Below, piece after piece: positions 20,157-27,629 of a stretch of 32,000 bases of DNA. The DNA is from Nonlabens ponticola. GTDB taxonomy: Bacteria > Bacteroidota > Bacteroidia > Flavobacteriales > Flavobacteriaceae. The stretch is taken from contig NZ_CP034549.1 of the NCBI RefSeq assembly GCF_003966335.1, positions 2,250,001 through 2,282,000 on the forward strand, given 5' to 3'. How positions within the stretch are numbered: the first letter of the stretch is position 1; each line of letters begins with the position of its first letter. The notes beneath the pieces are model-generated. The model was given only the letters and a program-made list of their open reading frames with translations. It was not told the origin of the DNA and searched no databases. The position numbers were made by a program, and so were the translations under genes.

Positions 20157-21074
20157 TTACTTGTAATAACCGGCTTCAGGAATGGCGATGTGATAGAGCT
20201 TGCGTGACCTGTTGTTCAACTTAGCCTCTCGCAACCACGGATTATGGATTTTAAGTACTTTGTAGGATATTTTTTGCGCTTTCGCGAAAGCTGCCAAATC
20301 CTCAATCTCATAATCCACGTCAACATGCGTGACTGGAACCGAGGTGTATAAATGCTCAGGCGCTACCTGAAAACCGTACTTCTCAGGTTGTTCAATGATT
20401 TCCTTCAATGCCAAAATCCTAAAGACATATCGCGACGTTTCTGAATTAAGCAATAAATCATAGTAAGCATCCTCATCCTGTCGATCTTGCAGATTTGATA
20501 TTCCTGCCTTACCCGCGTTGTATGCTGCTGCGGCAAGTGTCCAGGTACCAAATCGCGCTTTACTTTCTTTTAAATACTCACAAGCGGCTCTAGTGGCCAT
20601 TTCAATGTGGTAGCGTTCATCTACATTAGAATTGACCTCAAGTCCTAGCTCGCGTGCGGTAGCTGGCATTAATTGCCAAAAACCTCTGGCTCCAGCTGGA
20701 GATACAGCTTGTGTCAAGGCACTTTCTGCGACGGCTAGATATTTAAAATCATCGGGTATGCCATTTTCTGCTAGGATAGGCTCTAGAATTGGGAAATACT
20801 TCTCGCTGCGCTTGATTAACTTGATAGCGTTTGACTGAAAGTACACGTTTGACAGCAGCTCGTTATCAAATCGCTCCTCTATATCAGGATCAGAAAGTGG
20901 GACAGATTCTCCTGCAAAATTCAAGTTTGCTGGCATCGCGAGAGAATGAACCACATAACCGTCCTTGACATGCATGTTGCTTGACTCTTGAGAATCATTT
21001 CTAGGTCCTTGAATTGCACCTACAATAGCTATTAATCCTACCGCAATGATACCACCTATCAATACTTTCTTCAT
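20157..21074 (-). CDS. Lytic transglycosylase (SLT domain, MltD-like)
   Basis: N-terminal TM/signal segment. SLT catalytic region AVAESALTQAVSPAGARGFWQLMPATARELGL and AAYNAG. The ORF track starts at TTG 21080; ATG 21074 is equally possible. Confidence 0.85.
   Translation of the reverse strand: MKKVLIGGIIAVGLIAIVGAIQGPRNDSQESSNMHVKDGYVVHSLAMPANLNFAGESVPLSDPDIEERFDNELLSNVYFQSNAIKLIKRSEKYFPILEPILAENGIPDDFKYLAVAESALTQAVSPAGARGFWQLMPATARELGLEVNSNVDERYHIEMATRAACEYLKESKARFGTWTLAAAAYNAGKAGISNLQDRQDEDAYYDLLLNSETSRYVFRILALKEIIEQPEKYGFQVAPEHLYTSVPVTHVDVDYEIEDLAAFAKAQKISYKVLKIHNPWLREAKLNNRSRKLYHIAIPEAGYYK
20278..20291. repeat. Dispersed palindrome copy 7 (inside the lytic transglycosylase gene, read as AFAKA)
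   Basis: Exact 14-mer. Codon phase was checked by hand. Peptide ...DLAAFAKAQKIS... Confidence 0.95.
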
Positions 21075-21121
21075 CTTCAAATTTTTGTTTAAAGATAAAA
21101 TATTGCTCAGATTAACTAGTC

Positions 21122-21772
21122 TTAATTGGCAATGATTTGGGGTAGGTTTTCATTAAACCACCTGTATCGATGGATTATCATAACATGCGTACCACCAGGC
21201 ACTTGTATATAATCATCTATATACTTGACAGGAAAAACGGGATCTGCATCGCCATGAATGTGCGCTAATGGTGTGCTTATCTCTTTTGACTGCCAATTGA
21301 TCAAAGTGTCGAGTGCCCATTTCATATAGATAGGGTCTACAACATTGAGGTATTGCTTGTAAAGAGCAGTTTTTTTAGGTGCGACCATACTCGCATACTT
21401 TGCAAGAAAGTCCACGTATTTTAATAATCCTGTAGGCAATATTTTGTGTAGCTGCGTGGCTCGTGACAATCGCATCCTACGAGGAAACTCTGCCGTAGAT
21501 TTGACGCTTGATATAACAATCACCTTGCGAGCGTTAACCATTCTAGATAATTCTTGAACGATAACAGCACCAAAGGAGACACCAATTAATACCACATCCT
21601 CGTGTTTTAGAGTCATGCTAAGTCGCTCACAGTAACTATGCATGGATTCCTTGACCGATAGCGGTGCCAGCCAATCCATTAAATGAATTGTATACTCCTC
21701 TTCTGGTAGTTTGATGTGTTCAAAAATCCTAGGTGAAGCGGCCATTCCAGGCATCATATAGACATGGATCAT
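21122..21772 (-). CDS. Alpha/beta-fold hydrolase
   Basis: About 216-221 aa. The short form starts MIHVYMMPGMAASPRIF. A nucleophile-elbow-like GVSFG is present. The ORF track uses TTG 21787; ATG 21772 is chosen here. Confidence 0.65.
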   Translation of the reverse strand: MIHVYMMPGMAASPRIFEHIKLPEEEYTIHLMDWLAPLSVKESMHSYCERLSMTLKHEDVVLIGVSFGAVIVQELSRMVNARKVIVISSVKSTAEFPRRMRLSRATQLHKILPTGLLKYVDFLAKYASMVAPKKTALYKQYLNVVDPIYMKWALDTLINWQSKEISTPLAHIHGDADPVFPVKYIDDYIQVPGGTHVMIIHRYRWFNENLPQIIAN

Positions 21773-21840
21773 AGTTTCAATAGGCAATTAAAAATCAGCA
21801 TATTAACATTGTTAAAAACTTAACATATACTGAAGTGTTG

Positions 21841-21848
21841 TATATTTG
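21841..21848 (+). promoter_or_regulatory. Putative -7 box TATATTTG upstream of the small GNAT-like gene
   Basis: Exact TAnnTTTG match 67 nt upstream of ATG 21915. Confidence 0.3.
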
Positions 21849-21914
21849 CAAAGTTAATCAAGCAATTTTTATCCTAGCTCTCATACCTATAATGACAATA
21901 CTTATAGGTGCTAA

Positions 21915-22253
21915 ATGTTGCGCGACTGGATCAAAAGAATGAATATGGATACTACAACGATTGAAATTACCGACAACGCTTTTCTACGTCAATATGAAAC
22001 GTTGCTCGATGGCAAAAAAGCCAAAATTGAATACGCACAACAAGAGCGCAAAATATTCCTTACTAAATTAATTATTCCAGAAAGTCACGCTGACGATGCA
22101 GACTTTAAGACTGATTTTCTCAAAGCAGTTTTTGCAGATATTAGAGACAACAAAAAGCTCAAGGTTGTGCCTACACACCCTACCATCGCAGGTTTTGTAC
22201 GTAAGCACCGCAATGAATACAAAGAAATGTTACCAGTAGGTATCAGTATCTAA
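21915..22253 (+). CDS. Small GNAT-like (YjdJ-type) protein
   Basis: About 100-112 aa. The C-terminal KLKVVPTHPTIAGFVRKHRNEYKEML resembles the ...kviP.Cpfv..y..khpey.dl tail of single-domain GNAT-like proteins. In-frame ATGs at 21939 and 21945 are alternative starts. Confidence 0.5.
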   Translation: MLRDWIKRMNMDTTTIEITDNAFLRQYETLLDGKKAKIEYAQQERKIFLTKLIIPESHADDADFKTDFLKAVFADIRDNKKLKVVPTHPTIAGFVRKHRNEYKEMLPVGISI

Positions 22254-22264
22254 ACACTTGTTTT

Positions 22265-22999
22265 TTAGCTTTTCATCCACAATTTTATAGCACGTTCTAG
22301 ATCTTGCGGTGTATCAATACCAATACTGGCTTGAGATGTCTTGATCATGCGTATTTTTTTACCATGTTCTAGATATCTTATACCTTCAATTTTTTCAGCT
22401 AGTTCTAGTGGTGTAGGTTGTGAATGGTAGAAGTCCATTAATGCTTTTTTCCTAAAAGCATAGATACCAATATGTTTATATACTGGCTGGATATGATGCT
22501 CATCTCGTTGAAATGGGATTGCGGCTCGTGAGAAATACATAGCGTTGCTACATTGATCTACAATCACTTTTACATTATTAGGATTCTCAACATCCGCTGG
22601 GTCTATTAATTCATGCATGAGCGATGTGAGATCAATGGATTGATCTTGATCCTTTTCAAAAATTTCAAGCAGTCGTGATAAATCCTCGCGATTTGTAAAT
22701 GGTTCATCTCCTTGTACATTGACCACAATGTCCGCATCTATATTCTGGGCAGCCTCGGCAATGCGATCTGTGCCGCACTCGTGCTCTTTTTGACTCATGA
22801 TTGCGTTACCGCCATGCTGTAGTATCACATCATGAATCTTACCGCTATCTGTCACGACAAATACCTCATCAAAAAGCTGGGTGTTTACCGTCGCTTCATA
22901 AGTGCGCACGATGACAGGCTTGCCAGCAAGATCCTGCAATAATTTTTCAGGAAAGCGAGAAGCTTGTAATCTGGCTGGAATGATGGCGATTTTGCGCAT
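22265..22999 (-). CDS. kdsB: 3-deoxy-manno-octulosonate cytidylyltransferase (CMP-KDO synthetase)
   Basis: 244 aa. N-terminus IAIIPARLQASRFPEKLL and VNVQGDEP are typical KdsB motifs. Confidence 0.9.
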   Translation of the reverse strand: MRKIAIIPARLQASRFPEKLLQDLAGKPVIVRTYEATVNTQLFDEVFVVTDSGKIHDVILQHGGNAIMSQKEHECGTDRIAEAAQNIDADIVVNVQGDEPFTNREDLSRLLEIFEKDQDQSIDLTSLMHELIDPADVENPNNVKVIVDQCSNAMYFSRAAIPFQRDEHHIQPVYKHIGIYAFRKKALMDFYHSQPTPLELAEKIEGIRYLEHGKKIRMIKTSQASIGIDTPQDLERAIKLWMKS

Positions 23000-23000
23000 G

Positions 23001-23453
23001 TTAGTAATTTAATGGGACTGTAAATTTACCACCAGCTTCTTCCACCTGAATACCTTTTGATCTCAAAAAGTCGGTAAAATCTGCTAATTGAGCATCTGTA
23101 TCAAAAGCTAATTGTCGGTATTTGATGACACTTAATTTCAAATTAACCGAACGTCCTTGAGAGCTTTTTCGGTACACTGCCTTTTCTATAGTTTCCAATT
23201 TAATTTCACGTGCCACACTATTTGTTATGAATAGTAGGAATGACAACAAAAACGCTATGACTCCAATACCTGTGATAATCACAGCCATTGCACTAGGAAC
23301 GTAATCAATTAATGGTCTTATCATATTGACGCCACTGAAGACTCCTATCATGATAAACGCCCATAATCTGTACCTAGCGTTATCTTCTATCATAACGTTC
23401 TGTGTGGATTCATCCCAGCTCCACTGTGCTGATTTTCTATCTAAAAAACTCAT
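23001..23453 (-). CDS. Hypothetical membrane protein (2 TM + soluble C-terminal domain)
   Basis: 150-aa ORF. It has a 4-nt overlap (ATGA) with the upstream DUF4126 gene and a 1-nt gap to kdsB. I recognise no domain. Confidence 0.6.
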   Translation of the reverse strand: MSFLDRKSAQWSWDESTQNVMIEDNARYRLWAFIMIGVFSGVNMIRPLIDYVPSAMAVIITGIGVIAFLLSFLLFITNSVAREIKLETIEKAVYRKSSQGRSVNLKLSVIKYRQLAFDTDAQLADFTDFLRSKGIQVEEAGGKFTVPLNY

Positions 23454-24055
23454 GATGTGGTTGTAGGTTTATTGTGATTATGCTTTCGCGAAAGCTGACT
23501 CCTCTTAAACATTTTCTTATACAATTTGCGTATCCCAAGAATGAGCAACACTACAAGAATGAATGCGATTACTGGAGCAAAAATAGATAGAAAACTAAGC
23601 ACAAGACTGAAGACGACTTCCACCACATTAATGATGGGATTTGCGATTCCTGCTGTGGCGGTCGTGCTGGCCGCTCTAGTAGCACCAGTGCTGCTGGCAA
23701 TTGTTGCTGCTGTACCACCACCTGCAATGATGGCCAGTGTCCAGCTGTAAATAGGGTCAAGATCTGTTACCACGCTTACCATTACTAATGTTCCTGCGAT
23801 AGTCGCGAGAGGTATGGTGATGCTGTCCAATAAGTTATCTACTACTGGAATGAAATAGGCTGCAATCTCTATCACAGATGCGACACTTAATAGCGTGATG
23901 GCCGTCAAGCTGCCAGCCCATTGCCAGCTCTCGTTGAGTGGTATCCAGCCTACATAACTTGCAATACTAAGCAGCAATAAAGGCACAAAAACACGGAAGC
24001 CTGCACTGGCGCTTAATCCTATTCCTAATAATACACTTGCGATGATTTCCCACAT
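23450..24055 (-). CDS. DUF4126-like integral membrane protein
   Basis: 201 aa and polytopic. The N-terminus IGLSASAGFRVFVPLL is typical of DUF4126. Confidence 0.7.
   Translation of the reverse strand: MWEIIASVLLGIGLSASAGFRVFVPLLLLSIASYVGWIPLNESWQWAGSLTAITLLSVASVIEIAAYFIPVVDNLLDSITIPLATIAGTLVMVSVVTDLDPIYSWTLAIIAGGGTAATIASSTGATRAASTTATAGIANPIINVVEVVFSLVLSFLSIFAPVIAFILVVLLILGIRKLYKKMFKRSQLSRKHNHNKPTTTS
23482..23495. repeat. Dispersed palindrome copy 8 (in the basic C-terminal tail of the DUF4126 protein, read as LSRKH)
   Basis: Exact 14-mer. Peptide ...KRSQLSRKHNHNK... Confidence 0.95.
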
Positions 24056-24057
24056 GA

Positions 24058-25482
24058 TCAGTACTCTACAAAATATTCTTTATTGAAGCCTATAAGGTAC
24101 AAATTTGATTTGGCTCGCGTGACAGCGGTGTACAACCATCTTAAATAATCCTTGCTGGGACCTTCTGGTAGATAGGGTTGCTCTACAATTACGTTTTCCC
24201 ATTGCCCACCTTGGGATTTATGGCACGTGATCGCATAGGAAAACTTGACCTGCATGGCGTTGAAAAAGGGATTAGCCTTGATTTCTTTGTACTGTTTCCA
24301 TTTAGGTAACTTCAAATAATCCATGCGTACTTCTTGATATAAGGAGTTGCTTTGCTCATAGGTGAGTGATGGAGACTCTGACGTTAGCGTATCCAGTATC
24401 AAGACGGTTTCAAAAGGTTTTTCATTAGGGTAATCGACCATGCGCACCTTGACTTCTGCAAAACGGAAGCCATATAAATTCTTGAAAGAGAATATCTCGA
24501 GTATTTCAATAATATCACCATTTGCTATAAAGCCAGCATCACTGGTAGGTTTGAGCCAGTGATAATTGTTCTTGACAACCATTAAATAATCGCCAGACTC
24601 AACCTCACTTTCTCTAAAAAGGATTCGAGACCTTATTTGCTGATTGTACAAGTTTGCTCTTTTATTAGAACGTACAATTATAGCTGTCTCTTCATGGCCT
24701 TGCTGGTCATAGGCGCCCATCACTGTTTCCATGATCTCGTGACCGTCGATAAGTCGCTGGATATCTTTGAAATGTGTCAAGTCAAACTTAAAATTGAACT
24801 GTTCTTGCTCAATATGATTTCTTATTTGAGTAGCGTTTGCGAGAATTCCTGAATTGACGGTTTGTCGCTTTACTTCATCCAGTTCTACATCTGTAACTTC
24901 TTTCAAGAATCGTTGCTCTAACAATTGAGAATCCAGTGCTGGCGATACGTCTAGCTTTACTGGAGGCAGTTGTGCGGTATCACCTATAATGATGAGTTTG
25001 CATTTCATACCGTTATATACGTATTCAATAAGGTCATCCAGTAAGGAGCCATTACCGCCGAACATGTTATTGTTTGCTTGCACATCTGGTATCATCGATG
25101 CCTCGTCGACTATAAATAGAGTGTTGCGATGTTTATTTGCCTTAAGTGTGAATTGGACATTGCCGCCGCCTTGACCTTTTGGGTAGTAAATCTCCCTGTG
25201 AATGGTAGCGGCTTGTTGATTTGAGTAACTTGAAATGACTTTGGCAGCTCTACCAGTTGGAGCAAGTAGCGTGGCGCTTTTTTTTACTTTCCAAAGACTT
25301 TTTACGAGGCTACTGATGATGGTAGTCTTACCTGTACCAGCGTAACCACGCAACATGAAAATGCGATTATGGGATAGATCCATGATAAAATCTGCTAGTT
25401 CTTCCAATGCTCGATCCTGCTGTGAGGTAGGCGTGAACGGAAAATCTAGCTTGAGAGTATTGTAAAATTCGTCTGAGGTCAT
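24058..25482 (-). CDS. SF1 RecD-like ATP-dependent DNA helicase
   Basis: 474 aa. Walker A GYAGTGKTT, Walker B DEASM, GDTAQLPPV, and C-terminal CHKSQG (UvrD_C_2-like). Confidence 0.85.
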   Translation of the reverse strand: MTSDEFYNTLKLDFPFTPTSQQDRALEELADFIMDLSHNRIFMLRGYAGTGKTTIISSLVKSLWKVKKSATLLAPTGRAAKVISSYSNQQAATIHREIYYPKGQGGGNVQFTLKANKHRNTLFIVDEASMIPDVQANNNMFGGNGSLLDDLIEYVYNGMKCKLIIIGDTAQLPPVKLDVSPALDSQLLEQRFLKEVTDVELDEVKRQTVNSGILANATQIRNHIEQEQFNFKFDLTHFKDIQRLIDGHEIMETVMGAYDQQGHEETAIIVRSNKRANLYNQQIRSRILFRESEVESGDYLMVVKNNYHWLKPTSDAGFIANGDIIEILEIFSFKNLYGFRFAEVKVRMVDYPNEKPFETVLILDTLTSESPSLTYEQSNSLYQEVRMDYLKLPKWKQYKEIKANPFFNAMQVKFSYAITCHKSQGGQWENVIVEQPYLPEGPSKDYLRWLYTAVTRAKSNLYLIGFNKEYFVEY

Positions 25483-25557
25483 GAAAAGTGTGGAAAACCA
25501 GCGTATAAACTTACTTCAAAAAAAAGACGAGCCATTAGGCTGAGTGAAAAAAAATTG

Positions 25558-25565
25558 TAGATTTG
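25558..25565 (+). promoter_or_regulatory. Putative -7 box TAGATTTG
   Basis: Exact TAnnTTTG match 36 nt upstream of ATG 25601. It lies inside the GTG-extended ORF (25544), which argues for the ATG start. Confidence 0.4.
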
Positions 25566-25600
25566 TTTGCTTTGGAAATAAGCTTTTAAACCCAACACTT

Positions 25601-26344
25601 ATGCTTAATTTAATCTTGTCGGTAGTTATTGGAATCATAGTTCTCGTGCTACTTGCGATTTTTATCAATAAAATACCACGCAAATTTCATATTGTTATCA
25701 TCATCGTGCTACTCGCGTTGATAGGTTTCTTTGGCTTTAAGTTATACCAATCCATCGCAGAGCCAGTGAAGTTTGAAGCAGTAAAAGAAGAGCGTTATAA
25801 GAAAGTGGTAGAGAAGCTTACTCAAATAAGAGATGCACAAGCAGCTCACAAAACCATTAGAGGTGTTTACACAGACGATATCAATGCACTTGCTGCTTTT
25901 ATCGACACGGCACAATTTGCTATAACTACAAAACGTGATACAAGTGTTGCAGATGAAGAGAAAAACCGCGCCTTTAGAGTAAGTGGTTACTACAAGGAAA
26001 TCACAATCACAGATACTCTAGGATTTACCTCAGTTAAGGATTCTATGTTCCGTAATGTAGATGTTAGAAACCTACTCGCCTATCCTATAGAAGGCGTTGA
26101 TCAAAAAATGACCTTGAAAACGGATGTCGTTATTGATGGTGAGAATAGAATTAGCGTTTTTGAAGCAACGGCTGATAAAGCAGTAATACTATACGATCAA
26201 CCGGAGAAGTTGGTACAACAAGAACTTGAGGTAAAAGCTGTAGAAGCGATCGATGGCCCAACTATTAAAGTAGGTAGCCTAGAAGAAGTAACAACTAGTG
26301 GTAACTGGCCTAGACAATATGCAGTCCAGAGAAACAACAAATAA
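25601..26344 (+). CDS. Hypothetical membrane-anchored protein (2 N-terminal TM helices)
   Basis: The ORF has two N-terminal TM helices followed by a soluble domain. I recognise no domain. The start is set at ATG 25601. Confidence 0.6.
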   Translation: MLNLILSVVIGIIVLVLLAIFINKIPRKFHIVIIIVLLALIGFFGFKLYQSIAEPVKFEAVKEERYKKVVEKLTQIRDAQAAHKTIRGVYTDDINALAAFIDTAQFAITTKRDTSVADEEKNRAFRVSGYYKEITITDTLGFTSVKDSMFRNVDVRNLLAYPIEGVDQKMTLKTDVVIDGENRISVFEATADKAVILYDQPEKLVQQELEVKAVEAIDGPTIKVGSLEEVTTSGNWPRQYAVQRNNK

Positions 26345-27080
26345 TTTACCTTCATCATATAGATTGTCCGTCCTGATTCATCAGGATGGACTTTCTTTTT
26401 TTATCGATAATGGTAACGAGATTGTCAATACGATCACTCGAGATTTCAAGCATCAATCCAATCCTATCGAGATCCTAGAATCAATTGAGCAAGCTTATGA
26501 ACAAGAGGATAAGCTGCAACAAAAATTTGATGAAGTAAACCTGATCTATCACCACTCTATACTTTCGTTGGTTCCAGCATCTTTATACGAGGAGTCGCTG
26601 CAGGCTGATTACTTAAAATATAACACCCGTATTTTACAGACTGATGTAATAAGCATTGACGAGAACGTAGGAAATATGAATGTGAATGTGGTCTATATCG
26701 CCTACTCTAACATTAATAATTTCTTCTTTGATAAATATGGTGATCACCAATACTATCATTACAGCTCTAGATTATTACCAATTATAAAAGAGGTAGATGG
26801 CCTCCATATAGAAATGATGGATTCTCATTTTTATCTTACGGCCATACAGCAGGGCAAACTCATTGCTCACAACAGCTTTCCCTATGACGAGATAGAAGAT
26901 GTGCTCTATTACACGCTATATGCTATGAGTCAACATCAACTAGATCCTGAAACGATTGACACCTATTTGCGTGGCGGCAATGTAGATCCCAAATTATTTG
27001 ATTTGCTCTACATGTATATACGCAAGCTGCACCGTGACAAAGAATATACTATACACTTGAACAAATTGATATGCGCATAA
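26319..27080 (+). CDS. DUF3822-like protein
   Basis: YRLSVLIHQDGLSFFI near the N-terminus is typical of DUF3822. ATG 26319 is preferred to GTG 26298. The 3' end overlaps the rsmD start by 10 nt. Confidence 0.65.
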   Translation: MQSRETTNNLPSSYRLSVLIHQDGLSFFIDNGNEIVNTITRDFKHQSNPIEILESIEQAYEQEDKLQQKFDEVNLIYHHSILSLVPASLYEESLQADYLKYNTRILQTDVISIDENVGNMNVNVVYIAYSNINNFFFDKYGDHQYYHYSSRLLPIIKEVDGLHIEMMDSHFYLTAIQQGKLIAHNSFPYDEIEDVLYYTLYAMSQHQLDPETIDTYLRGGNVDPKLFDLLYMYIRKLHRDKEYTIHLNKLICA

Positions 27081-27622
27081 TTTCTGGAATTCATAAGGGA
27101 CGACGCATTCAAGCACCCAAAAAGCTACCAGTGCGGCCTACTACTGATATGGCCAAGGAAGCTTTGTTCAACATTTTAAGACACCAGATTCATATTCACG
27201 ACATAAGCGTGCTGGAATTGTTTGCCGGTAGCGGTAACATGTCCTATGAATTTGCGAGTCGCGGCGCTGGTCAAGTGACTGCAGTAGATTCACACATGCC
27301 ATGTGTTGCCTTCATTCAAAAAACCGCTACTGAACTTGATCTACCCATTGATACCCTAAAGGCAGATGCATTCAAATTTCTAGAGAAGCATACAGGTAGT
27401 TACGACATCATTTTTGCCGATCCACCCTATGCGATTGAACAAGATGAATTTCTTAAAATACCAGAATTTGTCGCGAGTAACAAATTGCTTAAGGACGATG
27501 GTCTGTTGATAATTGAACATTCTAAGCATACAGACCTTAGCAATCACGAGACCTTTGATAATGCACGTCGATATGGCGGTACGGTCTTTAGTTTTTTCAA
27601 ACCAGCATCTCAAGAAGAATAA
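27071..27622 (+). CDS. rsmD: 16S rRNA (guanine966-N2)-methyltransferase
   Basis: 183 aa. MRIISGxxKGRRI N-terminus, RPTTDxxKEALFNIL, SAM-binding motif ELFAGSG, and the catalytic DPPY. Confidence 0.85.
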   Translation: MRIISGIHKGRRIQAPKKLPVRPTTDMAKEALFNILRHQIHIHDISVLELFAGSGNMSYEFASRGAGQVTAVDSHMPCVAFIQKTATELDLPIDTLKADAFKFLEKHTGSYDIIFADPPYAIEQDEFLKIPEFVASNKLLKDDGLLIIEHSKHTDLSNHETFDNARRYGGTVFSFFKPASQEE

Positions 27623-27629
27623 TAAAAAA

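Noticed and set aside
21886-21908. Inverted repeat CCTATAA-N9-TTATAGG just upstream of the small GNAT-like gene
   Set aside because: It is a 7-bp AT-rich stem, unique in the window, with no T-run. That is too weak to call a regulatory element.
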